Shown: positions 26,619 through 35,226, counted from the stretch's first letter. The stretch is 64,000 bases of DNA from Thermoleophilia bacterium (GCA_025964555.1 JAOPYQ010000027.1:111462-175461), one strand, 5' to 3'. The notes: generated by a model from the letters alone, not told the origin. Numbers and translations are program-made.

Positions 26619-26975
26619 CTAGAAGCCGAAGGCGGCGGGCTCGACGAGGAACGCCGCGTCGGCGGCGAGGTTCGACCAGCCGATGATGGCATCCTTGTGT
26701 GCCGAGAAGTCCGTGCCTGCCGGAGCGGAGCGCATCTCCTTGGCGAGCGCCATCGCGGCGTCGGCCGCGGCGCCGAGCGCCGTGGCGACCTCACGCGAAC
26801 CGGAGTCGCGCGTGGTGGTCATGCGCAGCGACGGGATGCCCTGGTAGGACAGTCGCGCTGCGGCGTCGAGCGCTGCGGCGGCGTCTGCGCTGCCGAGCTT
26901 GCTCGCGGCGGCCTGGAAGCCGTTGGCGGCGTCGTGGAAGATGCTGGTGGTGATGGTGGGGGGAAGCGGCTGCAT
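26619..26975 (-). CDS. Hypothetical Ala-rich 118-aa protein
   Basis: High-GC3 frame from MQPLPPTITTSIFHDAANGF (ATG 26975). The upstream 49 codons of the listed ORF look non-coding. No family recognised. Confidence 0.5.
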   Translation of the reverse strand: MQPLPPTITTSIFHDAANGFQAAASKLGSADAAAALDAAARLSYQGIPSLRMTTTRDSGSREVATALGAAADAAMALAKEMRSAPAGTDFSAHKDAIIGWSNLAADAAFLVEPAAFGF

Positions 26976-27103
26976 GTGCTGATGTTCGCGCGCACCCGGT
27001 CGAAGTGGAGCCCGCCGACGCGCGCGATGGCCGCCCTGACGCGCCGATGGCCCGTTTGACCACGAGCGTTCATGGTCCGCGTGGCGCGGGTAGGCGGCCG
27101 GCG

Positions 27104-27820
27104 ATGGCAGACACGGTGACACTCAGCGAACAGGTCGAGGAGCTCGAGGCGCGCATCGCCACGCTCGAGGCGCGGATCCAGGCCCTCGAGGCGGGCGCGA
27201 GCCCCAGCCGCCGTTCGGGCAGCAGCGGAAGCGGCTCGTCGGCAGCGCTCGAGGTCGACGCGCGCGAGTGGACGACCCCGTACGCGATCGCCGAGCTCGA
27301 GGTCGCCGAGACGTGGATCGAGCTGCACGAGACGTCGGCGCGCCCGCAGCTGCAGCGGCTCATCCGCCAGGTCGTCGAGGAGGAAGGCCCGATCACCGAG
27401 CGCCTCGTGCTCGATCGCGTGCGCCGCGCATGGGGCCTCAAGCGCGCGGGCGGTCGGGTCCAGGAGGCGTTCGACCAGGCCGTTCGTCAGCTCGTCGCCC
27501 GCGCGCTCGTCGAACGTGACGACGATGCACTGCGACTGCCTGGAACGTCCCTCGTGACCGTGCGCGTGCCGACGAGCGAGGAAGCGACCCGCCGAGGCGC
27601 GGAGGATGTCCCGCGCGTGGAACTCGCGCTGGCGATGGTCCGCACCGCGCACGCTGCTGGCGGCTCGGTCGCGATCGACGACCTGACGATGCAGGTCGCC
27701 AAGCTCTTCGGCTGGACCCGTCGCGGCGGCGCGATCCAGGAGCGGCTGGATGCTGCCCTCGAACTGGCCGCTGCTCGGGGCGACGTGACCATCGACGCCA
27801 GGCGCGTTTCCGCCGCCTGA
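27104..27820 (+). CDS. Coiled-coil protein with a DUF3320-like C-terminal domain (standalone)
   Basis: Starts at MADTVTLSEQVEELEARIATLEARIQALE (ATG 27104). The segment LIRQVVEEEGPITERLVLDRVRRAWGLKRAGGRVQEAFDQAV matches my recollection of DUF3320, which normally forms the C-terminus of large helicase/nuclease proteins. Confidence 0.6.
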   Translation: MADTVTLSEQVEELEARIATLEARIQALEAGASPSRRSGSSGSGSSAALEVDAREWTTPYAIAELEVAETWIELHETSARPQLQRLIRQVVEEEGPITERLVLDRVRRAWGLKRAGGRVQEAFDQAVRQLVARALVERDDDALRLPGTSLVTVRVPTSEEATRRGAEDVPRVELALAMVRTAHAAGGSVAIDDLTMQVAKLFGWTRRGGAIQERLDAALELAAARGDVTIDARRVSAA

Positions 27821-27959
27821 TCCACAGAGGCGGCCACGCCGTGGCCGGGAACGGGATCGCGTCGATTCACGCGGGCCTCCGCGCGGGCGCCCGCGAGGGC
27901 GCACGAGCTCGTGCGGCATGCATTGCCGGATCCGACGATCCGTGGTTCGCTGGAGGAGC

Positions 27960-28898
27960 ATGACCTCGACCTCCGTCAGCGCGAACCCGTCACTGACCGC
28001 ACCCGCGGGTGCTGCGGTCGTGCCTGGCACCAGCGCGATCGGCACGCCGGCAGCCCCGGCCACCGGGATCATCGGCGGCGGCGCGACGCCACCCGCGGAT
28101 CCCGCGCAGCTCATCGCCCTGCTGACGACGCTGCTCACGCTCCTTCGATCGATGCCGGGCGCGCAGGGCGCGCAGGTCGGCGCAGCCAGCGTGCAGGGCG
28201 GCGGCGGCGCCGCAGCTCCGGTGCAGCCTGGCGTCTCCGGTTTCGGCCCGACCACCATGGGTGGCTTCGTGGCGCTCGGTGCGACGCAGTCCGACGGCTT
28301 CGGCAGCGCGATGGGCTCGACCGTGGGCGGCGCACTGCTCGGCGGCACGCTCGGCACGTCGACCTCGCTCTCCAACGGCTCGGTGCCCGGCTACCTGCCG
28401 TCGATCGGCTCGGTCATCGGCGGCGGCGGTTCGTTCGGCACGCCCGCACCCGATCCCAATTTCGGCACGACGACGTTCGGCGGGTTCTCCGCGATCTCGC
28501 CGACGCCCGCCCCGACCCCGAGCACCTTCGGCACCGCGCCGACCGGCGCGACCACCGTCGGTGGCGTCGCGCTCGGTACCGTGGCAGGCGCCACGGGTGG
28601 CGGTGCAGCCGCAGCTCCTGCCGCCACGCCGCAGATCGACATGCGCCGCGTGCTCGGCACGCCCCGCGCAGGCGACGTGATCGACACGATCCTCAAGCGC
28701 GCCACGCTCAGCGCGGCCGCATCGCACAGCGAGGGCCAGTACATCGTCCTCCAGGACGCGAGCGGCGCGCAGCTGCAGGCACACGTGCACGGCGCGTGGT
28801 CCTCGAACCCGACGCGCATCCTCGAAGGCATCCAGCGCGGCTTCGTCCAGGTGCACCTGCACGAGGACGGCACGCTGCACCTGCACGACGTCGTCTGA
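27960..28898 (+). CDS. Low-complexity Gly/Thr/Ala/Pro-rich protein with FG-type repeats and a ~80-aa His-rich C-terminal domain
   Basis: ATG 27960 preceded by a strong GGAGGAG. High GC3. Repeats GFG, SFGT, NFGT, TFGG and TFGT. C-terminus: QYIVLQDASGAQLQAHVHGAW...VQVHLHEDGTLHLHDVV. Confidence 0.65.
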   Translation: MTSTSVSANPSLTAPAGAAVVPGTSAIGTPAAPATGIIGGGATPPADPAQLIALLTTLLTLLRSMPGAQGAQVGAASVQGGGGAAAPVQPGVSGFGPTTMGGFVALGATQSDGFGSAMGSTVGGALLGGTLGTSTSLSNGSVPGYLPSIGSVIGGGGSFGTPAPDPNFGTTTFGGFSAISPTPAPTPSTFGTAPTGATTVGGVALGTVAGATGGGAAAAPAATPQIDMRRVLGTPRAGDVIDTILKRATLSAAASHSEGQYIVLQDASGAQLQAHVHGAWSSNPTRILEGIQRGFVQVHLHEDGTLHLHDVV

Positions 28899-28932
28899 CG
28901 CCTCGTGTGAAGCGTCGATGAAGACGGTCCGC

Positions 28933-28958
28933 CAACGCACGCACGCGTGCTAGCGTTG
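28933..28958. promoter_or_regulatory. Nested palindrome CAACGC-AC-GCACGCGTGC-TA-GCGTTG, ending 5 bp before the response-regulator start codon
   Basis: Read directly. Either the terminator hairpin of the upstream gene or an autoregulatory operator. Confidence 0.3.
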
Positions 28959-28963
28959 CGACC

Positions 28964-29773
28964 ATGACCGGCACCGACGGGCGCAACATCGTCGTCATCG
29001 AGGACGAGGACGCCATCCGTGACGTCCTCGCCTACAACCTCGAACGCGCCGGCTTCGAGGTCGCGACCGCAGGCGATGGCCGCGAGGGACTGCAGCTGGT
29101 GCGCGACCGCATCCCGAGCCTCGTGCTGCTCGACCTCATGCTTCCGGAGCTCGACGGCCTCGAGGTGTGTCGTCGCCTGCGATCGGATCCCGCGACCGCG
29201 CGCATTCCCGTGATCATGCTCACCGCGAAGGGTGACGAGGCCGAGATCATCGAAGGGCTCGAGGCCGGCGCGGACGACTACGTCACCAAGCCGTTCTCGC
29301 CACGCGAGCTCGTCGCGCGCGTGCAGGCGAACCTGCGCCGCAGCGGACGCGCGGGAGACGACGCGGCCGTCGAAGCGGAGCGCGTCGGCGCGGACGCCGA
29401 TGCAGCCGACGGAGCAGACGGGGCGTCGGCCGACGTCGACAGTGCGCTCGCGACCGATCCCGCCCGCCAGCGCGTGCAGGTCGGCGAGGTCGTGGTCGAT
29501 CCGGACCGGCACGAGGTGCTCGTGGCGGGCAGCGACATCCGCTTCACGCGCACCGAGCTGCGCCTGCTGCACGTGCTGCTGCGCCGTCCGGGGCGCGTCT
29601 ACACGCGCGAACAGCTGGTCGAGCGCGTGATGGGCGACAACGCCTGGGTGACCGATCGCACGATCGACGTGCACGTGCGCGCGATCCGTCGCAAGCTCGG
29701 CGCGCATGCGGACGCCATCGAGACGATCCGCGGCGTGGGGTATCGTGGGCGCGACGTGGAGGAGCGCGCATGA
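28964..29773 (+). CDS. OmpR/PhoB-family response regulator with an expanded acidic Ala/Asp linker
   Basis: Receiver motifs VLLDLMLPELDG and LTAKG. Winged-helix C-terminus FTRTELRLLHVLL...IETIRGVGYR. A ~45-aa linker (GDDAAVEAERVGADADAADGADGASADVDSA) sits between the domains. Confidence 0.9.
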   Translation: MTGTDGRNIVVIEDEDAIRDVLAYNLERAGFEVATAGDGREGLQLVRDRIPSLVLLDLMLPELDGLEVCRRLRSDPATARIPVIMLTAKGDEAEIIEGLEAGADDYVTKPFSPRELVARVQANLRRSGRAGDDAAVEAERVGADADAADGADGASADVDSALATDPARQRVQVGEVVVDPDRHEVLVAGSDIRFTRTELRLLHVLLRRPGRVYTREQLVERVMGDNAWVTDRTIDVHVRAIRRKLGAHADAIETIRGVGYRGRDVEERA

Positions 29774-30951
29774 CACCACCCCCAGACACAGATCCGCTGC
29801 GGCTGCCGCTGCTCGGACGCAACGCAGCAGCAGAGCGACTCGTACGCGAGCGCACGTGGATGCTCGAACAGCGCGTGCGCGAACTCGAGCGCGAACGACA
29901 GGACCTCGGTCGCATCCTGCGCGGCCTGGGGGAGGGCGTCATCGCCGTCGACCGCGCGGGGATCGTCGTCCACGCCAATCCCGCCGCCATCTCGATGCTC
30001 GGCCTCGACACCACCTCGCTGCTCGGCAGCCACATGTTCGTGGCCATCCAGCAGCCCGGCGTGTGCGACCTCGTGGAGGACGTCATGCGCGGCGACGAAG
30101 GCCGCCTCGTTCGCGAGCTCGTGATCGAAGGACCGGCGGGCGGCGACGCCGTGCTCGTGGTGTCGGTGCGGCCGCTGCGCAAGGCCGGCAGCGAGGATGG
30201 CGAGGCCGAAGGCGCGATCGCCGTCGTGCGCGACGTCACCGAGCTGCGCCGCCTCGAGCGCGCGCGCCAGGACTTCTTCGGGAATGTCAGTCACGAGCTC
30301 AAGACGCCCGTCACCGCGATCCGCGGCGCGATCGAGACGATCATCGACGACCCGGACATGACCGACGAGGTGCGCGCGCGCTTCCTCGACGGCGCGAGCC
30401 ATCACGCGATGCGACTGTCGGCGCTCGTCACCGACCTGCTCGCCCTCGCGCGACTCGAGGAAGGTCCGGGAGCGCTGCAGCGCACCGACGTCGACGTCGC
30501 CGGACTCGTCGGCGAGGTGCTCGCCGGCGCCGAGTCCACCGCCGGTCGCCGCGACATCGTGCTGGAACTCGCGGTCGAGACGATCGACGGCGCGCCGACG
30601 TTCACGGTGCAGGGCGACGAGGAGGCGCTGCGCCAGGCGATCGGCAACCTCGTCGACAACGCCGTCGCGCACAGCGACGAAGGTGGCGCGGTGCGAGTGG
30701 GGCTCGCGCGCACCGGCGAGGTCGTCCGCATTGCCGTGCAGGACAACGGCAGCGGCATCCCGGAAGATGCAGTCGAGCGGGTGTTCGAGCGCTTCTACCG
30801 CGTCGATGCCGCCCGCTCGCGTGCGCGTGGCGGGACCGGGATCGGGCTGTCGATCGTCAAGCACGTCGCGCAGGCGCACGGCGGATCGGTCGGCGTCGAG
30901 AGCGACCTGGGCGTCGGCAGCACGTTCACGCTCCTGCTCCCGGTTTCGTGA
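29770..30951 (+). CDS. Soluble PAS-domain sensor histidine kinase
   Basis: H-box SHELKTP. N and G boxes DNAVAHS, DNGSGIP and GTGIGLSIV. N-terminal coiled coil plus PAS-like GVIAVDRAGIVVHANPAA. No hydrophobic helix. Start overlaps the regulator stop (ATGA). Confidence 0.9.
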   Translation: MTPPPDTDPLRLPLLGRNAAAERLVRERTWMLEQRVRELERERQDLGRILRGLGEGVIAVDRAGIVVHANPAAISMLGLDTTSLLGSHMFVAIQQPGVCDLVEDVMRGDEGRLVRELVIEGPAGGDAVLVVSVRPLRKAGSEDGEAEGAIAVVRDVTELRRLERARQDFFGNVSHELKTPVTAIRGAIETIIDDPDMTDEVRARFLDGASHHAMRLSALVTDLLALARLEEGPGALQRTDVDVAGLVGEVLAGAESTAGRRDIVLELAVETIDGAPTFTVQGDEEALRQAIGNLVDNAVAHSDEGGAVRVGLARTGEVVRIAVQDNGSGIPEDAVERVFERFYRVDAARSRARGGTGIGLSIVKHVAQAHGGSVGVESDLGVGSTFTLLLPVS

Positions 30952-30980
30952 CGCGCCGCTCGCGGTACCCACGAACCAGC

Positions 30981-31274
30981 ATGGCTTCAGGTGACGTGAT
31001 CGAGCTCGAGCGGGTCGTCGGACCAGGGACGAACCTGGGTGGCGGCGCAAAGGTCGTGGTGCTCAACGACGACCACAACACGTTCGAGGGCGTGGCGATG
31101 GCGCTGTCGCGGGTGCTGCCCGGCGTGGATTTCGATGGCGGCCTGGCGTTCGCCACGCGCATCCACACGGAAGGTCGCGCCGAGGTGTGGAGCGGCTCGC
31201 TCGAAGTGGCCGAGCTGTACTGGCAGCAGCTGCGCGATTCGGGGCTCACGATGGCCCCGATCGAGCGCGGGTAA
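30981..31274 (+). CDS. clpS: ATP-dependent Clp protease adaptor ClpS
   Basis: 97 aa from MASGDVIELE. Core VVVLNDDHNTFEGVAMALSRVLPG is typical of ClpS. Confidence 0.9.
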   Translation: MASGDVIELERVVGPGTNLGGGAKVVVLNDDHNTFEGVAMALSRVLPGVDFDGGLAFATRIHTEGRAEVWSGSLEVAELYWQQLRDSGLTMAPIERG

Positions 31275-31280
31275 CCGCCG

Positions 31281-32450
31281 GTGATCGACGTCTTCCTGGT
31301 GCTCATGGTCGTGGGCGCGGGCGTGCTCGGATGGCGACGAGGCTTGGCCGTGTCGATCGCCGCGGGACTCGTGTTCACCGCGGCGGGACTGCCGCTGGCG
31401 GCGCTCGCGGCGGCGATCGGTCGACCTGCGCCCGCGCTCGCCTTCATCATCGGCGGCATCCTGGGACTGGTGCCGCTGGCGCTGCGCCTCGAGGCGCTGA
31501 CGGACTGGCTCGATGAGCTGCTCGAGAGCGACGCGCTGCAGGTCGCGGACAAGGTCGGTGGCGCCGTCGCCAACACGCTCATCGCTGCGACGCTCGGGTG
31601 GTTCGTCGCGGCGCTCGCCTCGATCGCGCCGGGGGATTCGCCGACGCTCTCGGCGATGCGCAGCTCGGCGGTGTTCGGCGCGCTGGTGGAGGCGGTCCCG
31701 CCGCAGGGCGCGCTCGGCGTGGTGGTGCTGCGCTCGGGGCTGGTGCCGGCGCTCAACGGTCCGCTCGTGCTCGCGGAAGATCCGGATCCGGCGTCGGCGA
31801 CGAAGCCTGCGGTGCTCGCGGCGCGCCGGAGCGTGCTGCAGGTTCGCAGCACGGCGTGCGACAAGATCGTCACCGGCACGGGATGGGTCGCGGGTCCCGG
31901 AATCGTCGTGACGAACGCGCACGTCGTGGCGGGCACGCGGCGGAGCTTCCTGTCAGGCGGTCCGCAGTACACGGGCGCGGCGGCGACGGTGACGGCGTTC
32001 GACCCGGTGAACGACATCGCGGTGCTCGCGCTCGATCCGGGGCAGCGCGCGCAGCTGCCACCGGTGCTGCGCATCGTCGAGCGCGTGCAGCACGGCGAGC
32101 CGGCAGCAGTGATCGGCTATCCGCTCGGCGGGAGCCAGACGGCCGAGCCGGCACGCATTGATCGCGTCGCGCCGTACGACGTGGAGCCGCTCACGGGTGG
32201 GGCGACGTCCGTCGCGAACATCCTCGCCTTCCGCGCGAAGGTGCAGCCCGGCAACTCGGGTGGTCCGGTCGTCGCCGAGGACGGCAGCGTGCTCGGGCTC
32301 GTGGTCGCCCAGGCGCTCGGGCAGCGCACCCAGGCGGCATACGGAGTTGCGAGCGCCGACCTGCTCAAGGCCATCGCCGCCGGTTCGAGCCGCGTGCCGA
32401 TCGCGACGGGCCGCTGCCTCGAGGAAGCCGAGCTCACCACCGAGCGCTAG
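31281..32450 (+). CDS. marP: MarP-type membrane serine protease (CvpA-like 4-TM domain + trypsin-like S1 domain)
   Basis: GTG start. N-terminal TM block. Catalytic triad context TNAHVV, NDIAVL and GNSGGPV. Confidence 0.8.
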   Translation: MIDVFLVLMVVGAGVLGWRRGLAVSIAAGLVFTAAGLPLAALAAAIGRPAPALAFIIGGILGLVPLALRLEALTDWLDELLESDALQVADKVGGAVANTLIAATLGWFVAALASIAPGDSPTLSAMRSSAVFGALVEAVPPQGALGVVVLRSGLVPALNGPLVLAEDPDPASATKPAVLAARRSVLQVRSTACDKIVTGTGWVAGPGIVVTNAHVVAGTRRSFLSGGPQYTGAAATVTAFDPVNDIAVLALDPGQRAQLPPVLRIVERVQHGEPAAVIGYPLGGSQTAEPARIDRVAPYDVEPLTGGATSVANILAFRAKVQPGNSGGPVVAEDGSVLGLVVAQALGQRTQAAYGVASADLLKAIAAGSSRVPIATGRCLEEAELTTER

Positions 32451-32478
32451 AGGTCGTGGCTAGTGCACGGGTCCGCGA

Positions 32479-33183
32479 TCAGACCGCGGAGCGTGCGCCG
32501 AGCGAGGTGACGCCGGCGCGCGGGCCGTCGTCGGTGCCGATTCCCTCGTCGGACACGGCGATCGCCAGGCCGAACTCGGGAACGTTGTTGATCTTCGCGT
32601 CGCGGGCGAACAGGCGATCGCGCGACATCAGGTACAGCTCCGGGATGATCTCCGCGACGAGCTCGCCCTTGGCGTAGACGCGCACGACCGAGCTCTGCGA
32701 CACGACGATGGCGACGGCCTTCGTCTGGGCCGTGATCGAGCTGCCGGCGGCGTGGCGCGTGCCGAGCCCGAGGCCGAAGGATTCCGAGCCGCTGATCTCC
32801 ACGTTGATGTAGCGCGCGGCGGAGTGGAAAAAGCCCTCGTGGTCGACGACGAAGCCGCCATCGAGCTGGGAGAGCTCCTTGATCGTCTCGCGAAGGTCCG
32901 CGCGCGAGACGTGCAGCAGGTCGCGGTCGTGTCCCTTGAGCGGGTCGAGCAGCAGCGGGCGCGAGCGTTCGAGGACGGCTTCGTGGTCGCCGAACACGAA
33001 CAGCGTCCCGACCTTGCGGCCCTCGCGACCCTCGCGAGCGAGCTCGACGGCGAGCTCGATGAGCTCCTCGAGCACCTGGCGCTTCTGGTCGGTGCACTTG
33101 ACGCGGTCACACACCGAACCGAAGAGGCGCTCGATCACGTCGGAGCGCTGGTCAGGGGCGAATGCGTTCGGGAAGTCGGCCAT
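32479..33183 (-). CDS. Cytosolic DisA_N/DAC-domain protein (putative diadenylate cyclase with variant motifs)
   Basis: Collinear with the CdaA DAC core. LDGGFVV sits where DGA is expected, and LGTRHAAGSSIT where GTRHRAA is expected, followed by AIVVSQSS..V. No TM segment. Confidence 0.75.
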   Translation of the reverse strand: MADFPNAFAPDQRSDVIERLFGSVCDRVKCTDQKRQVLEELIELAVELAREGREGRKVGTLFVFGDHEAVLERSRPLLLDPLKGHDRDLLHVSRADLRETIKELSQLDGGFVVDHEGFFHSAARYINVEISGSESFGLGLGTRHAAGSSITAQTKAVAIVVSQSSVVRVYAKGELVAEIIPELYLMSRDRLFARDAKINNVPEFGLAIAVSDEGIGTDDGPRAGVTSLGARSAV

Positions 33184-33211
33184 GGGCGCAGCGTAGCACC
33201 GAGTTCACCGA

Positions 33212-34111
33212 TCAGATGATCGACGCTCCGAAGAGCGAGCAGATGAGCTCGGACGCGGTCTCGGCCGTCTGGTTGCGCACGTCGAGGACCGGGTTCACCT
33301 CGACGATGTCGACGCTGTCGGGCTTCGCCGTGGCGATGATCTCGAGCAGCGTGTGCGCCTCGCGATAGTTGAGCCCGCCACGCACCGGGGTGCCGACACC
33401 AGGAGCATCGCGCGGATCCAGCGCGTCCAGGTCGAGCGAGACGTGCAGGAAGGATGCCCCTTCGGTGATCTCGAGCGCCTCGTCTGCGACGGCGGCAATG
33501 CCGCGACGGTCGATCTCCTGCATCGTGATCACGCGGGGCGCCTCGGGCGTGCGCAGGAACGCGCGCTCGTGCTGGTCCAGGTCGCGCGCGGCGATGATGA
33601 CCGTCTTCTTGTGGTCGAGTGCGCGTGCGGGCCAGCGGTCGGAAGCGAAGCGTGGATCGTCCGCGCAGCGCCCGAGTGCGACGGCGAGCGGCATGCCGTG
33701 GACGTTGCCGCTCGGCGAGGTGGCGGGCGTGTTGACGTCCGCGTGCGCGTCGATCCAGATCGCGCCGCCCGGACCGTGCACGCTCGCCATGCCGCGCAGC
33801 GAGCCGATCGCGACGGAGTGGTCGCCGCCGAGCAGCATCGGGACGCATTCACGCTCGACCGCGTCGACCGTCATCTGGGCGGCTGCATCGCAGGCGCGCA
33901 GGATCTCCTCGACGAAGTGCGCGTCACCGGCGCCGGAATCGACGAGGCCGCGCGTTCGCACGAGCACGTTGCCGAGCTCGACGACGTCGATGCCCAGGTC
34001 GGTCAGGCGCTGGGTCATGCTCGTCAGGCGCAGCGCGGACGGGCCCATGTCGACACCACGCCGATTGCCGCCGAGGTCCATGGGAAAGCCGATGATGCCG
34101 ATGCGTCGCAT
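33212..34111 (-). CDS. rocF: Arginase
   Basis: Ureohydrolase Mn motifs GGDHSVAIG, DAHADVNTP and SLDLDALDP. Confidence 0.9.
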   Translation of the reverse strand: MRRIGIIGFPMDLGGNRRGVDMGPSALRLTSMTQRLTDLGIDVVELGNVLVRTRGLVDSGAGDAHFVEEILRACDAAAQMTVDAVERECVPMLLGGDHSVAIGSLRGMASVHGPGGAIWIDAHADVNTPATSPSGNVHGMPLAVALGRCADDPRFASDRWPARALDHKKTVIIAARDLDQHERAFLRTPEAPRVITMQEIDRRGIAAVADEALEITEGASFLHVSLDLDALDPRDAPGVGTPVRGGLNYREAHTLLEIIATAKPDSVDIVEVNPVLDVRNQTAETASELICSLFGASII

Positions 34112-34162
34112 GGGCCGAGCCTACCGGCCGCGGGTCCGCGGGGCGACGCGGGCGACGCGTGC

Positions 34163-34618
34163 TCAGGGGCGCACGGCGCCGACGTATGCGGCGCCGCTCG
34201 GAAGCGGTGCCACCTCGACACGGCGACCGGTACCGGGCGCGTGCACGTACTGGCCGTCGCCGACGTACACGCCGACGTGGCCGAAGCCGCGATCCCACGT
34301 CCAGACGAGGTCGCCGCGCTGGAGCGCCGACCGGCGCACGCGAGCGCCGTGGTTCCACAGGTCGTAGCTGCTGCGAGCCGCGAGCGGCGCGCCCACCGTG
34401 GCGTACGCGAAGGTCACGAGGCCGGAGCAGTCGAAGCGCTTCGGACCAGCGGATCCGGTGTGGTACGGCGAGCCGACCTTGCCGAGCGCGGTGACCGTGG
34501 CGGCCTCGCGCTGCGCCGGCGTGGTGGCGATCACGCCCGACGCGGCGTGCGCGGGGGCGCCCAGGGCGAGCATCGCCCCGAGCATGCACAGCATCGTTGT
34601 CATCGTCCGTCGCACCAT
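34163..34618 (-). CDS. Secreted NlpC/P60 peptidoglycan endopeptidase (151 aa)
   Basis: Starts at MVRRTMTTMLCMLGAMLALGAPAHA (ATG 34618). Catalytic FDCSGLV and GHVGVYVG. The listed 361-aa ORF is an artefactual extension. Confidence 0.85.
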   Translation of the reverse strand: MVRRTMTTMLCMLGAMLALGAPAHAASGVIATTPAQREAATVTALGKVGSPYHTGSAGPKRFDCSGLVTFAYATVGAPLAARSSYDLWNHGARVRRSALQRGDLVWTWDRGFGHVGVYVGDGQYVHAPGTGRRVEVAPLPSGAAYVGAVRP

Positions 34619-34752
34619 CGCCGGGATGAATTCGGCCGGTGCGGCGATCGAATTGAATGGCCTGAAGCGACTGAAATGCCTGCAGACGGCCACAGCACGT
34701 GGACGACCTGCAGCAACCGCGCCGTGGCGTGGATGCACCCGGTTCGGGGTGC

Positions 34753-35226
34753 CTACGGGCGTACGGCGCCGACGAACGCGCCGCCGCCGGGCAACTGCGC
34801 GACCTCGACGTGGCGACCCGACCCCGGGGCGTGGACGTAGCGGCCCCCGCCGAGGTACATGCCGACGTGGCCGAGGCCGCGATCGTAGGTCCACACGAGG
34901 TCGCCGCGCTTGAGGCCGGCGCGCCTGATGCGCACGCCGTGGCGGAACAGGTCGTAGCTCGTGCGCGCAGCGAGCGGCTTGCCGGCGCGGCGGTAGGCGT
35001 AGTTGACGAGCCCGGAGCAGTCGAAGCTGCTTGGCCCGGTGGCGCCCCACACGTAGGGGGAGCCTGCCTTGTGGGCGGCGACGCTGGCAGCCTGCATGCG
35101 CTGCTTGGCAGTGGTCGAGACGTGTCGGCCAGCTGCGTCGGCAGCTGGCGTGAATGCGAGCAGCGCACCCAGTGCGGACAGGACGGTGGTGGTCTTGGAG
35201 GGGAACATGGCGGCGACTGTCGGCAC
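34753..35226 (-). CDS. Secreted NlpC/P60 peptidoglycan endopeptidase, tandem paralogue
   Basis: Signal peptide. FDCSGLV, GHVGMYLG and the same C-terminal ...FVGAVRP as the neighbouring gene. Alternative start at MFPSK (35208). Confidence 0.85.
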   Translation of the reverse strand: MPTVAAMFPSKTTTVLSALGALLAFTPAADAAGRHVSTTAKQRMQAASVAAHKAGSPYVWGATGPSSFDCSGLVNYAYRRAGKPLAARTSYDLFRHGVRIRRAGLKRGDLVWTYDRGLGHVGMYLGGGRYVHAPGSGRHVEVAQLPGGGAFVGAVRP

